Origin: Intoshia linei
Taxonomy: Eukaryota; Animalia; Orthonectida
Reading direction: 5' to 3'
DNA: 64,000 nucleotides
NCBI GenBank assembly: GCA_001642005.1
Contig: LWCA01000035.1
Location: 1-64,000, forward strand
Shown here: positions 31,659 through 46,097 of the stretch, one piece after another
Numbering within the stretch: position 1 is the first letter of the stretch
How the letters are laid out: every line of letters begins with the position of its first letter
Made by a program: the position numbers and the translations under genes
Notes under the pieces: generated by a model
What the model saw: only the letters and a program-made list of their open reading frames with translations
What the model was told of the DNA's origin: nothing
Databases searched by the model: none

Positions 31659-32155
31659 CAGTGTTTCTCAACCTTTTTTACTGCGCGAAACCCTTATGAA
31701 ATTTCAAAAAATCGCAGCACCTAAAAGTATGATCAAAATTTTTTTTCGCATGTCACATATATAAAAAAATTTGATTTTTAATTAAAAAATTAATAACACA
31801 CGGAATTTAGCCGGTAAAACCATTTGCCTCACTAACACAACGAAGAAGCATCCAGACCCGTGAGAGATAACTTTTTAGTGAAATATCATTATAAAGAGGT
31901 AAGTAACTTATTTCAAGAGAGTTAGGCCAGTAAAAACCCACCTTCTTTACAATATTTCTCATAAAGATAATCTGAATTATTATTACTTTTTAACATCATT
32001 TTTCAGGTTCCTATACTCACAACGTATAATACTTTTATTAAAACTTATTTGATTTAAATTTGAGAAATGATGTTGTTTCATTGCATACAACAGTAATTTA
32101 GAAAAACTTTAAATTGAAAAATATCGCATTTATATTTACGGGTTGAGAACCACTG
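31659..32155. mobile_element. hAT (Charlie/Buster-like) MITE with perfect TSD
   Basis: TIR CAGTGTTTCTCAACC / GGTTGAGAACCACTG (14/15). TSD GTCTATAC at 31651-31658 and 32156-32163. Confidence 0.85.
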
Positions 32156-32930
32156 GTCTATACATTGCTTAATCGATCGTTCATTATCTAAAAATTTAAA
32201 ATAACCGTTGCAAATCGCAATGGTCATCGAAATTTTGGTATACTTAAGAAATTTCCCAACATTACCTCATTATTATTTGCATTAATAAATTAAATTGTAC
32301 TAAAATTGGCTTATTAATAATTATAATCATTTTAATATTGAATTTTGAGATGGCCCTGGATTTTACCTTGTTGAATATACTAGAACTGTTTCTGTTTAGC
32401 TAAAAATGAAATGTATCATGTGTACATTTTCAAAAACGGGTCAGTAGAATTAATTGATATAAAAAAGTGGCCCACGGCATGCAAACTGTTTCCGATCCTG
32501 ATGTATACCCAAATCAATTGAAACAATAAATGAAAAATACAGCTGTTACCTCATTTTAATATATTTGTATCAGTTTTGATGTCAAACAAGTCTAATGTTT
32601 TACATGTGTGACTTTCCAAAGAAAATCTTAAACAACAGTAAAACCAAACCAATATAAAAGGTTTCAAATTGTATACTTATTATAATACCATATTTGTACT
32701 TTCAATCGCGCCATAGTGGAGAAAGATTGAGAAGCACTGATCTACGGTCCATAATTAGCTATATATTAGATGGTATTTATCCAATGGCGGTAAAATATAA
32801 TACATAATAATAAAAGTACGAATATAAAAATGAATGAAATTTCAATGCATTCATAAAATGTACGCAATAATGCAGATGATGATTTTGTTAGACTTTATTG
32901 CATGTTACCATACTTTAAATTAAAACTGAA

Positions 32931-35900
32931 ATGAGTTCATCGAATCGACGCGATAGATCTTTATCGTTAGACGAGGCAGTACATTGCGTAGATTTGCTAG
33001 ACGAATACGTATATGAAGAAAATACAATGTTGGCAGACAACATGTCAAATTTACCGATTCACTATATATACGACGTAGATTGCAATTTTGAAGATAAAAA
33101 CGCATATGTATCAACCATGTCCAAAATTTTGGAAGAATTATCTTTAAGTGAAAAATTAAATCAATGTCAACAAGAATATGACGAACTGGCTGCAATAATA
33201 TACCAATGGCGTCCAATTTGTCGTTCTCTACCTTCCACAGTAGACATGACTCGAGAAATGGATGAATCACTGTGTAAAACAATCATAGAAATCTACACAC
33301 CACATATTCAGCAATTATATAGATATAAAAAATTTACTATAATGGCCACCGAATTATTTGTTGTAGAAATTTCAACTTTTTTGAAAAGGGATAAAAAGGT
33401 ATTTGTATCCAGCTATTTTGCAACAACCTTCATCAAATACATGGCCATGCTGATAACGTTAGATTACATCAAAATGTCGACTACGAGCATAAAAAACGAC
33501 TTTTCAGCGTATAAACGCGCTTATCAATCTATGAATATTGCCAACAGCAAGGTAGGATCGGAAGAATCATTCATAATGTCTCTGTATTTAGCAAAAAATA
33601 ACAACATTAGAGAAGATTTGATTAAATCATTGAAAGACGTCGAGGGGCACCAGGATTTGTTTTCGACAATCATTGCAATTTGCACTAATCGCTTGGAAAA
33701 GGAAGAGTATTTATTAATTTCTGAAAAGCACATGTACATGATGGTAATTGGCTGGTGTCTTTACATTATTGACAGCCCTACCTGGAACATTTATAAATTG
33801 GAATATAAAAAAGAATACAATTTGACTAAAATTGATAAACTATTCAAAAAAACTCAAGTAATTTCCATTTATGTAGATATCCCTTTGTCAACTTTCGACA
33901 TTATTAAAGAAACTCATAACTATGATTCGCTCAAATGGCCAAATTGTAATTCTTCCAACACTAGCGCCCAATCTGTCATACTTTTGGAAATTTGTAATTT
34001 AAGAAATATATACTGTGACTACATAGAAAGAATAGCCATTTTTAATAATTCAATTATTACTAGCCAAAAAAATTTTTATTTCCATAAAACTGAAAGTGAA
34101 AAAATATATAATTTTGCCATTAATGCTCTAAAAATTATGACTAAATTAAAAATTACCTACATTGAAGCATATCTGTGGAAAATGCTCAATCCTACAGATC
34201 ACCATCAAAACGAAAATTGTCCTGCTGATGCACAACACTATGAAAGGGCTACACGTTTCAATTATACTTATCAAGAGAAATCCACCATTGTTGAAATTGT
34301 TGCAATGATTAAGGGTCTTCAAAATACACTTTCAAGGATAGAAAGTATTATTATGGATGGCATAAAACGGCATATTTATATCATTTCGCAATTATTTTTA
34401 CAAAGAAACTTGACGGACACGATAAAACGCGCGGTTAAATCAAAAAAAGATGTTTTAAAGTATTTTTTTATATCTGCCCACAATGCATGCACTGATCCAA
34501 AAAATAACAATGACGAATCTGGTAGAGAGGATGATTTTCAAAGTAATTTATGTGACAGGGATTGTACTTTATCAAACACCCAGTTATACATACTGCGTAC
34601 TTTAATGGAAGTAATAGTGGATGACCGAAACCCGAAAAAGAACATGAGAAAATATTTAGATTCTGCATCAATTGGTATAATTGAATCTTTCTTAAAACAA
34701 TCCAAACACTGGGGTGATTTATTAAATTTTTCAAAACTTTTGAGGGTTTGTGGAGATTTATCTTTGCCTTGGTACAGAGAATTTTTTTTACAAGCCACGG
34801 CAACTAAAACTAAACAATTTCCCATTGAAATGTCGATTCCGTGGATTATGATTGATCACGTCCTTGAGTCCAAAGACAGTTCACTCTTGGAATACTGCTT
34901 GTATTCACTTGAAGTATACAACGACGTTGCCAATTTAGCTCTCAACCAACTCAGGTGCTCCTATTTATATGACGAAATAGAGGCAGAATTTAATATTTGC
35001 TTTACCCTTTTTATTACCAAACTAAGCGAACAAATGTTTAGATACTATAAACATTGGGCATCCAGTATTATCTTGTGCAAAAAATTTAGATCCGAGTGTG
35101 CGAAACGGGGAACAACAATTCCCTTTCCTCGTCATAGTAGATTTGATAAACTACTAAAATTAGACAACATGTGCTTACTTGGCAGACACGTCAGTTTGAA
35201 ATATTTGATATCCCTACAAATTAATGCTGCATTTCTAAAATCGTTGGACACTGCAATCAGTCGGTATGAATCGTCCCCTTTAACTAGGATTATTGAACTG
35301 GAAAACCTAATTGAAGCAAACCTTCTTACACACAAAATAATTTCAAAATGCGTAAACTTGACAAGCTTTGAAAATCTTTTGAGTGAAGCTGATCAAAATG
35401 TAGTCTTGCCGTATGGCAGAATTTTGTCTCATACTTTTATGGAAATATCCGAAGACCTCATCCCAAAATACTGTTATAATGAATCAACCAACCGTTTTGT
35501 AAAAGGAAAAATAGATTTCTGCAAACCAACCGTACGCGAAAAATGTGCTAATGTTTCAAATCAGTATATATGGGGAACCAAAGCTCTCACAATTTCGTAT
35601 AATGGAATATTTGGTTTATTTTCAGAATTTGTTGGTGTCGATGTTTTTCAGAGTATTGTTGTATTGTTAAAATACAGTGGCATTGCCGTACTTGTAGAAC
35701 AACTGCTCTGTTTTTGTCAAGATATAATTCAGTTGAAATTGGCTGATATTTTAAAAGACATGTCAAAAGTAATGCCATTAACAGTTAAAATGCCTTATGA
35801 CAATTATGGATCAAGTGGAATATTTACTCATTACTTATCTAGATTGAAAAACTTTTCTAGATTTCCCAATATGAAAACGGTCGTGTTGCAAATATTTAGA

Positions 35901-36784
35901 GAACTGGGAAATGCCATTATAGTTTGTTCCATACTGGAACAATGTCTATCCCAAATCGAAATAAGCTCTCTTTATCAAGCTGGTCCATTTATCAACAACT
36001 TACCAAAATGTGTCATTAGAGCTGTACATGATATTCGCCAAGACGGTTATTATGAAAAAAGCAATAGTCGTGTCAAAGTAAAAAACCTCAAAAACATTGT
36101 TTCAACTTTCAATTCCATGAATATCATGAACATTATAAAAAATTCCCAATATGAGGAATATGCAAAAATAGCAGATGAAATACAGACTTTTATGAATGTA
36201 AAATTGTACTGTGGCCTTTCACTCAATATTAGGTTTCTGTTAAAATTAAAAGGATGTGTAGAAGAATCGTTTGTATCGGGTAGTGGTATGTATTCGACAG
36301 GTATCTTGAGTGCAGCTGATTGCAACCAATTTCACAGGTACTGGAGTGCCATTCAATTTATATTTTGTATGCCACCACGAGATGATGAAACAAAAATTGA
36401 GTTTATTTTTTGATTTCATAAATAATTTTACTTAGAGAATTATTTGGAGTTGGGTTTCAATGGGCAGCCTGTACTATTATTCACCTTTTGGATCAACAGA
36501 ACCGATTTAATGCAACTGATTTTTCGTACCATTTACTCAGCATATACAGTTCTGATAAAGAAATTAATGCTAACGTCGTAATTTAATTAATTAATTTTAA
36601 TATTTACCTTTTTTAGAATCTAGGGAAAATGTGCGCAAGAATAAAGAGGTTTAAAAAAATTAATGACATTATATTCAATCGCCTATCAACTTATAAAATC
36701 CAAAGTTATAATGAAGAAACTGATTCAAAAAAGTTTAAAGTGAGAACTTTTCCTGCAAAAACCTGGCCATTAAACATTAATTAA
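32931..36784 (+). CDS. CYFIP: Cytoplasmic FMR1-interacting protein (Sra1/CYFIP, WAVE complex)
   Basis: Exons 32931-36400, 36436-36577 and 36617-36784. Motifs NFEDKNAY, SIKNDFSAYKRA, CPADAQHYERATRFNY, WYREFFL...QFPIEMSIPW, LYDEIEAE, FHRYWSAIQF, ELFGVG.QWA. Confidence 0.95.
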
Positions 36785-36799
36785 TCAATTTATTTTTAA

Positions 36800-39700
36800 T
36801 TATGCCAAAATATTCAAATATCGATCTAGAGTTTCTCGATAGTTCACATCTCGCATTGTAAGCACAACTGTATTAAGTCGAAATTCATCCTAAATGTATA
36901 ATTCAAAGGATAAACATAATCCTTGTGATTTAAATTGATGTAACAAACAATAAGTTAAGGGTACCCAAAAATACATGATATATGAATCTTTCAAAATTCT
37001 TTTTCATTTCAATAATATATAAAATTGCAAAAGGTTGTAAATTATACCTGATAAGATTCCATTCTCAATCTAAGCTTAAAATTGTATTCCTTATTCAAAG
37101 CTCGTTGAAAATATCCATTAAATTCAGATTGTTCTTCCTATATATAAAATGATTAAAGTTGAATGCTTAATCAAGGAGACGTATAATACTTTATGCATTT
37201 TATTTAATTTTTTAAAGATGAAGAATGCTATACTATTTGAAAACCCTGTAAAAAAAACGTATTTCACCAATCATTTGGGTGAACACTGGGTTCTTTTAGA
37301 AATTTAAGTTTTCAAAAATCACTGAAACACTGTTCGTTGGAGGATTTTATATAAAAATGTGTTTTTAAAAAATTCTAAAAAGTATTCTACACCCACAAAA
37401 AAGTAAATAAAATCACACGACCCAAAAATATAGAAAACCCTAAAGAATTGGTTCCCGATTTGGGGTCCCTGGGGTCGAAAACTATATACCTTGATGTCCG
37501 TGATATTCAAATAAAATATAAAAAAATTTTATCAACTTTTGTTTAATTATAGAACTTTTAATATTTATTACAGAGTTCCCAGAAGTTATGAATTTACCCT
37601 AAACCTTAGACGACCGCTACATTATTATTTAAAAAATCTCACCATTAATAAAAAATACCATTTAAAACCCTCAGGGAAAAATCGACTTTTACCGATATTT
37701 TTTTGAATAATCCAAATAATCTTATGAGCAATAACTTCTTAACCCAAAATAAAAAATCCAATTTTACCAAATATGAACAAAAAACCTTTAATTTTTTCAT
37801 AAATGTTATATATTTTATGTTTCCTTTGGGGTACAAAAAAATAAATATTTTAAAATGGGGGTCCGCATACTATTTGAATCGGTAACAGTGTCCTAGAGCC
37901 TGGTTTACAATGCATTAAATAGAAAATATAATTATCAAAACGAGGTGAGGTGGGTTATTTATCTAAACGGACACAAAAACTTGAATACCGCTAGTTTAGA
38001 AGAAAATTTAATTTAATTAAATTTTGATTTGACGTGTAAAAGTAGTGACATACTAGGATTAAACGTTCAATTTCTAATTTTTAGCATTTAAAATATAGTT
38101 GAATCAATAATTTTTTAAATATACAGCATCGTCTATATTGAGTTTCCCTAATACGCTGGCCTTGCACTCCATTAGCATTTCAGCTGATTCTCGAAACATT
38201 CGTGCCCAAATACTTCCAGTGTGATCCATCAAATTAACATTAAGCAAGTAACAATAATCGAAGCTATCATATTCCTTATCACATTTTTCGCATCGATACT
38301 GACCTTGATCTAATTCTGTAACTTTCTTCATACAATCAGTAGCCGGGCAAGACTAATAATAAAAGTATAAACATTTTAATAAAAAAATAAACTTACTAAC
38401 CTTATAAAATGCATTTTCATCTCGAACAATCGAAACAGTACAAACCACATTAACATATTCAGTTTTTTGAGTGTTTGATAGAGTAAGAATTTTATCGATA
38501 GTATGATAATTGTCCGCAAATGATTCTATAAAAGTGAATATAAAAATTTACTTAAATTAAAATACGATTTTCTGATGAAAAATCAACAAAAGTTGTTGTA
38601 GAACCAACCTCATCGTACCATTGCTTTAACGATTTTGCTTCAGGGATATCATCATCAAATGAAATAGTAGAATTAAAAGATCCTGATATTGATCTACCTG
38701 AAAATAAATAAATTATAATGTATACATAAATATAGGGTTGCCAACTGCCAAAATGATTGAAGAAAGTGTTTTTTCTGTATCTACTATTAAACTAAATTCT
38801 CACCATTACTTTAAAATACAAGTTAAATTTAACAGTTACGCTTATGTAACATAATTGTAAATTTAAGTAGAATATAAAATATGTAGGTTTGGTTTTTTAT
38901 AATTATTAAGTGTAATCTAATAAAGGCTAAGTAACCCGCGAGATATTCTTATCAGGTCCGCAATAAATATTATAATTTATTTTAAGTAATATTTTCGTCG
39001 TTATTCAATGGTTATAAATATTATTTGTATTTCTAAAACTTGAGACTTCATAACCACTCAGCTTTTTTAAAGAATTTAAAATAAAGGACAGTTCACAACC
39101 CTACATAAAAACTTACCTCCAAAGTCAGATAATTTAGCTGCTCTAATAATTATAATGTCGCCGGTTTGTGATGAAAAGTTTTTAGCCTAATTGTGTGTAA
39201 AAATAAAAAAATAATAAATGTACATCTTCTCCCCATATAGTGCATTTTAAATTATAATTTGTATCATCCACCAATATCAAATCTCTTTTAGTCAATTCCT
39301 TTCCATTTTTGCTAGTCAAAGATACACAGTCGTTAATATTGTGAATAATTCCAATTACATCTAATGAAATTAAAAAAACAATTAAATTAATTAAATATAT
39401 GAACCATGATGAGTATTTGCTTCATTGTTGAGTAAATTTCCAAAGGAAATAAAATTATAGGTGATGAGAGGGCACTTGGATGATTCAGCATCATCGACAG
39501 CGAGTAATTCAGTTTTATCATTAAAAGTAATTTCGTAATCGTTGGCTAAATTTGAAAATTTTTTGTTGGCAGGTCTGACAGCGGCTTTAGTAATGGTAAA
39601 TACCTATACATTTATATTTTAGAAAAAGGAACAAGTAAGCAATTACTTTATTGACTTGAACAGTGTCAAAATACTTATCTGTTGGTTTAGTGAAACAGGT

Positions 39701-40558
39701 ACATCGAATTTCTCCAGATTGATCGGATAATACAAAACTAAACAATTTACCTGGACCAGAGTTATTACTAAATGTTTTAATATTAGACTTCATTGTAACT
39801 CGACCACATATAGTCCAACTAAATGTAAATTAATATCAACAAAAAAAGTATAACGTTTGCTGATATGGTGTCAAATTGTTAATTAACTCATATTTTTTCG
39901 AATTTAAATCTAAAATATAAAATATTGGTGAATTTTTGTAAATCAAACCATTCAGTTTAGTTTTTTTGGGATTGGGCTCAGATATTTCATCAACCCTGGT
40001 TGAGACAGAATTGAAATTGAAACCATTCGAACTGATATTTGTACCGTTTGTTGGTTTAGTTTCTTTATTTTTAGCTAAACTAGTTGGTATTCCAATTAAA
40101 TCCATGTTTGGCGAGTTCAATACAGTCATTTCACTTATAGAAACTACCATTCTAAACAAGTGTTAAAAAGTATTTAAAAAATATTATACAAATTAGTCTT
40201 TTGGTTTTTATTCAATTTGTAAGATTCTATCCTCACTAATGAATTTTTTTCAACGTCTTCAATATTTATTCCGTCGTTTATACAGCCTTTTCTTAAACAA
40301 AAATCTAAATTTCAATTATAAAAATGAAATAACAAATAAGATTATGTTCAATAAATTAAGCGTACAGTCACATTTGTTAAGACTATCCGAAAGAGTAACT
40401 CGATGGGTAAAATCCCGTTTCACAAAATCCTTGCAACTAATATACTGCAGAACCAAGTTATCAACCCGTTCTCCGTTATGTACAATTTTCTATGAAACAT
40501 TATTTTAATTATTTTATCACTGTACTTCAATAGATCCTGGTGCCAGTAATTCTCGCAT
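36800..40558 (-). CDS. RPA1: Replication protein A 70 kDa subunit
   Basis: [11 protein letters not shown] (RPA70N), [29 protein letters not shown]...[16 protein letters not shown]...[24 protein letters not shown], zinc finger [13 protein letters not shown]...YRCEKC, DHTGSIW...F.ESAE. Confidence 0.95.
38733..39103. mobile_element. hAT (Blackjack-like) MITE in an RPA1 intron
   Basis: TAGGGTTGCCAACT / AGTTCACAACCCTA. TSD CATAAATA vs CATAAAAA (7/8). Confidence 0.75.
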
Positions 40559-41077
40559 GATCTGATTTACAATTGATATTGGCGCTAATAGACGATAATA
40601 GAATTTTTGAAGTTTTAGTTTGTTAATTATAAACAGAAATTTATTTAAATTTATGTTATGAAATGTTGTACATTACTTTACATACATGTGTTATCAAATT
40701 TATCTGCTTACCCAGAAAACAGTTAAATATATTACACTATATTGGACTAACTACACTCTACTCAGAATAAATAATATCAATGATTACAAAATTAAATAAA
40801 TCACAGCATTAGAGATATAAATTAAAAAATCTCGAAAATCTACTAATTTTCAAATTATCGGTCTACTTACCTTACTAAGTAAGGTAATCCTTTTTTCAAA
40901 GTAAAGTAAAAGTAAAATCTTGTAGTCTGAAATGTTTAACATACAAAACATCGCCATGAACAATTACATGAAAATGTACAGCAATGTGATGACATGCAGC
41001 ACTATCGTATAATATGCAAATTTTTTTATATTTAAATAAACTTGAGATTTATATTTACACAGATTGAAAACTAAAAT

Positions 41078-44000
41078 ATGGCAAGTTTGATCAAAGCATC
41101 CGCAAAATACAAATATTGCATGCCTAATATATGGTATTATTTATATATTTAAAAATATTAGCGAAAAAAGAGCTAAAAGTATCTAATATAAATATTTTGA
41201 TTGGGACTTAAGTTTAAATTTCAATGATAATTTATATTATTTTAAAATTACAAAAAAAAATGGAATTTGTTTACCAAATCAGCCACATTCGATTATCCTG
41301 GCAAGATGGAACAGCCTTTGGAATATATTCCATCATGTTTCAATTATTTGTTGATCCGATAGAGAATTTACTTGGTATGAATGCGTTTATACCAGTGGTT
41401 ACAGACACAAATAGTGTACGAATCCTATTTTAAAGTATTATTTTTGTTTTGACCCAAATGAAACATGAAATATAAAACTTTTATTAAAAAATTAAGATTA
41501 ATAAAAAAGTTTTTTTCTCATAAGATTGGTATAATCGTGTTTTTCAAAAAAATATTGATAAAAGTGGAAATAATTATTAGGGGTCAAACGCATATAATGT
41601 ATTTACATTGGCATTTTTATTTATGTTTATTAACCCTTTGACATATTGCGATGTTTTTCTATTGTAAAACAACAAATGCAAAAATGATAAAAGAGAAATG
41701 TCATTTTTTTATATGAACAATTAAAATTATATAAACACGCCCATTAAATTGTATTACGCACCGCATCAAATGTTAAAATTTGGTTAAAAAAATTATTAAA
41801 AAACCCCCCTGTTAGAATCTGGTTAAAAAAATTACTCAAAAACCCCTTTTTAAAGAATTAAAGTTAAATTTTAGGAAATCGAAATTGGAAATAAATATGC
41901 TGAAATTTAAAATAAAATCGGGGTGTTTTTAAATACTGTTCATATTACGACTCGACGCATATGTGGAGCTTTTAATATTTTTGATTTTAAAACTACACAT
42001 ATAGGTGGAGTTTTGTGTCCAAGGGTTAAATATTTCTATCTATAATAATTTATATTTTTTTCAAATTTTTCAACATTGAACATTCAACAGTTGAGTTGTT
42101 TAACTGGATCAAAATCGACATTTTCGGCAAGTTCGATTATGAACAACATTAAGTGCAATAATTTAACTTAAACTGATGTTACTAGCATAAAAAATAATAC
42201 ATAGATTAAATCATGATTATATAAATAAAACGAAAATGATGGTCCTAGAAATTTTTTTTAATTTTTCACAATGTTAATACACAAATTAAAATATTTTAAG
42301 AACACATTTGTCACGTCAGGGGCCGCCCTACACTCCATCTAGATAGGCTACTATCTACACGGCTCTGATGTACCTCCAATAATGTTTTTATAAATAATAC
42401 ATTTCCTAGTTTTTATGTAAGCCTTTCAACAAATGAATTGGCAGAGAGGGTATTTAGAATGGTCGATGAGTAAATGTACAAGTAGAAAATATATTACTGA
42501 ATATCCATTACAATTTGATACAAGTTTTTATTAGATACTTTAATCACCATGAAGTAAGAATTATTTAATTTAATACATATTTATAAATATTTTTTGTCAA
42601 TGGCTTGTACCATATTAGGGCATTTATTTCAATAGTTTGGTCATTTTTAAAATTTTATCTGATAGAGAATAATTCTCTTCACATTACAAGAGTAAGCTAT
42701 ACAAATTATCAAATTATACAAATAATTTAGTATTAATTTTCAAAATATTTTTATTTTTCGGGGATATTTAGAGAAAAAGTTGGTGGTCTTTTTTGATTTC
42801 AAAAATTTTTATATGGATATTCATAACAGACACATATTTACTTATCTTTCCTGTGGTCTACTTTCTATTTACTCATAAAAGGTTTTTTTGACACAGGTTA
42901 TGGTTTACAGTTCTAGAAATTCGAGACACTGTATTTATCATAAATTATTGTTTGGTTATATTTAGGGTAACCTATGGAAAATTGGCTACTGATACAAAAT
43001 CACTCAATTTTGGCCAAGTACGATATTTAGTTGTTAATAACTGTATTGTTTTAGGGGTTTCCGAATTATATTTCAGAACCTAATATCACAGAATGCTTAA
43101 AAAAGGCATCACAATTATCACCCATACATCATCAATATGCTCGAAGTTCAGTATGCATTATAATATTTAATATTCATCATTGATAACTTTATGATTTTTA
43201 AATCATCGAGTTTTTACAATGTATTAAGAATATTTTTATTGGTAACTAATATATGGTTATTGAATATTCACAGAGAAATTCTATTAATCGTTATACAAAT
43301 ATTGTAAACGTAGTCTTATTTTTGTATAGGGCCTCCCTAAATTGACTGAATCCTTGGCAAATCTCTATTCGCCTATATTGAAAAGACAATTAAAACCAAT
43401 GGAACAAATTTTGATTAGCAATGGCGCATATGCTGGATTAAAATACGCTATTGAAGGTTACATTGAAGAAGGTGATGAAGTAATTTTTTTATATATTTTA
43501 AAATGTTTTTATTTGTTTTGTTTTAAAAACCGTGAAAGTTGAATTTTATTCATCTATTAAAAAATGATTACATTTATTTATAGGTTGTTGTGATTGAACC
43601 ATTTTTCGACTGTTATCAGCCAATGATTGATTTAGTTGGAGCGAAAGTTAGATATGTTCCATTATTGCCTTCAAAGGTGGATTTTTTATTAATTTAGATG
43701 ATATGTATATGTTTAGAGAGGTAGGGTGAATAGTAATGATTGGTCGTTTAATGTAGATGTTCTGAAAAATAGTTTTTCTGCTAAAACGAAAGCAGTTATT
43801 TTGAATAATCCTAATAATCCTTTAGGAAAAGTAAATTTATGCTTCTATAAAATTAATATTAATTAGGTATTTTCACGTGAGGAGTTGAGTATAATTTCAG
43901 AATTGTGCATTAAAAATAATTGCGTGTGTATTTGTGACGAAGTTTACGAATGGTTGAAATATGATTGTGAAATGATAAAAATGGGTATTTTGTTTTATAT

Positions 44001-46084
44001 AATGTCTTTAATTTCCTTTTCTAGCTACTTTACCTGGTATGTGGGACAGAACCATAACTATTGGCAGTGCAGGCAAGACGTTTAGTGTCACAGGATGGAA
44101 ATGCGGATGGGTTATCGCACCAGCTGAGATTATTAAAGTGTTGAATAATGTACATGCTAATTTTGTCTATACATGTCCGACTCCTATTCAGGTAATCAAT
44201 TTTAATTCTATTTATTTGTATCTAAATATTATGATGTCTACACTATTTAAGACTACAGTTTGTCCACTATTTTCGTGGGTTTATTTCTTTTTAAAATATA
44301 TCACCTTTGATTCCAAGGGTTAGAAAAGCTGGTCAAGGGTACGACGCGATTTTTTGAGACTTTAAAAATTATTACCCAAATACAAGTGTAACATTAAATT
44401 CCACTCATGAAGATGCAACAGAATTATCAAGTTATCGTAATATTAATTAATATGACGACATGTACGTGTTGTGACTTAAACAGGTTGAGAACCACTGAAT
44501 TAGATAAAGGTATTACTTTGAACATAATAAAGATTATCCACTTATATTTTAATTAAAAGAAAAAATATAGTTTATTGTAGACTAATTTGTAGATGGCAGT
44601 GGCAAAGTGCATAGACGATGAAATAAATAAAATAAGCGTTAGTGGTGAAAAGAGTAGTTACATTTACTTATTAGCCGACGAGTGTTTAGAAAAACGAGAT
44701 CGGCTTTATAAACTACTTTCAAAATCTAAATTTAAACCGATTATACCAGATGGAGGTTACTTCATGCTGGCGGATATATCTGATATAGGTTATTGAGATT
44801 TGTTAAATATTTTTATAATTAAGCAATAGATTTTCCATATACAAACAGTGCTTGCAAAGATGTTGAATTTGTGCATTGGATGGCTAAAACCCATGTTTTT
44901 CATTTTTTAAACTATTTAATACTTACATTGCATTTAGAAATTAGCTTTAATCCCTACGACCGTATTTTGTTCAAACGAAAATATGAAAAATATGGAGAAT
45001 TATGTTCGTTTTTGTTTCATCAAGGTTTATTTTTTTAAATTTCACTGCAGTATATTTCTTTTCATGGACCCGTCTTTGAAATGTATGTAAAATATAAGGT
45101 TATAGTAAAGATGTAATTATTTAGTTAAATTTCTAAAATATTTTCATAAAGTAAACATTTTACACCTTAAAAAAGCAACCAGGTTGACATTTTTTACTTG
45201 TTGTACATTTTAGTATGATATATCTAATATTCACTACTGTCTTTTTTCGATTATAAGAAGTCTTCTTATATTCGAGAGTAGAACTTGTTAGATTTTTATT
45301 AAATTACATCTTGGGGTATTCTCAAAATCTATTTGATTTGAAAAAAATTTGATTGTGGAAGAGATTAAAGAAAAAATTAGTTTAAATCAACTTTTCTATT
45401 CTGACATACATTTTATGAATATTTCAGAGTGGGACTTAGAAGTTGAGTATCAGTTTTTTGAAATTTTTGGTAAACTAACAATAAAAAATGAGGTCTGTGA
45501 AGGACTTAAAAATATTTGGTCCCGCTTGATATAATTGATTATGAGTACATTGAAAATATTAAAAACACGTCCGAATCACCTTATCTTAATGAATTTTTTA
45601 TTCTAAAAAATTTGAAATTCAGATTACTTTCAACGAATTGCATAAACAACATATTGTATATGGTGAAAGCAAAACTTCTAAATTAGACATTTTATTGTAT
45701 AAAGGAATTTATTTTTTAAAATAAATTGATGTTGTCTATTTTTTGTTTAAAGTTCTTTCTTTCGAATACAATCAGAAACTGCTTATATTCAAATTTTATT
45801 TAGTTCAAAATTTGTATTTCAGGGTCCTGCTTATAATCGAGAAAAGACAGTAGTCGCACAAATAGACTTGACTAAATCCAGTTATATTATGTGAAAAACA
45901 TTCAGGATTCATTACTTTTTGTATGGGTTATTGAATTCAGTTAGTTTAATTAAAATTTAATATAATTATTAACCGTACCAATGTGAATTACTGTTGAATG
46001 TATTTGAAAATTAAATATTTATAAATTTAGTCTGAAGAATCTTTTCAAGATTTAGAGAATTTAATAGATAATATAAAATTGTAA
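41078..46084 (+). CDS. Kynurenine-oxoglutarate transaminase / cysteine-conjugate beta-lyase (KYAT1/3 family)
   Basis: NIWV...NFGQGFP...HQYARS.GLPKL...GAYAGL...EPFFDCY...[12 protein letters not shown]...DEVYEW...[15 protein letters not shown] (PLP lysine)...PDGGYF...VRFCFIK. Last exon 46031-46084. Confidence 0.93.
41634..42025. mobile_element. piggyBac-like MITE in KYAT intron 1
   Basis: TTAA on both sides (41630-41633 and 42026-42029). TIR CCCTTTGACA / TGTCCAAGGG (9/10). Contains an internal ~40-nt tandem duplication (TGGTTAAAAAAATTA...AACCCC). Confidence 0.7.
45237..45850. mobile_element. Tc1/mariner-pogo MITE in the last KYAT intron
   Basis: TA TSD. 21-bp TIR CTGTCTTTTTTCGATTATAAG matches at 20/21. 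Confidence 0.8.
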
Positions 46085-46097
46085 TTCAATAAATGTT

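Noticed and set aside
32920-36325. Antisense ORFs inside CYFIP
   Set aside because: Shadows of a long coding exon, with no recognisable motifs.
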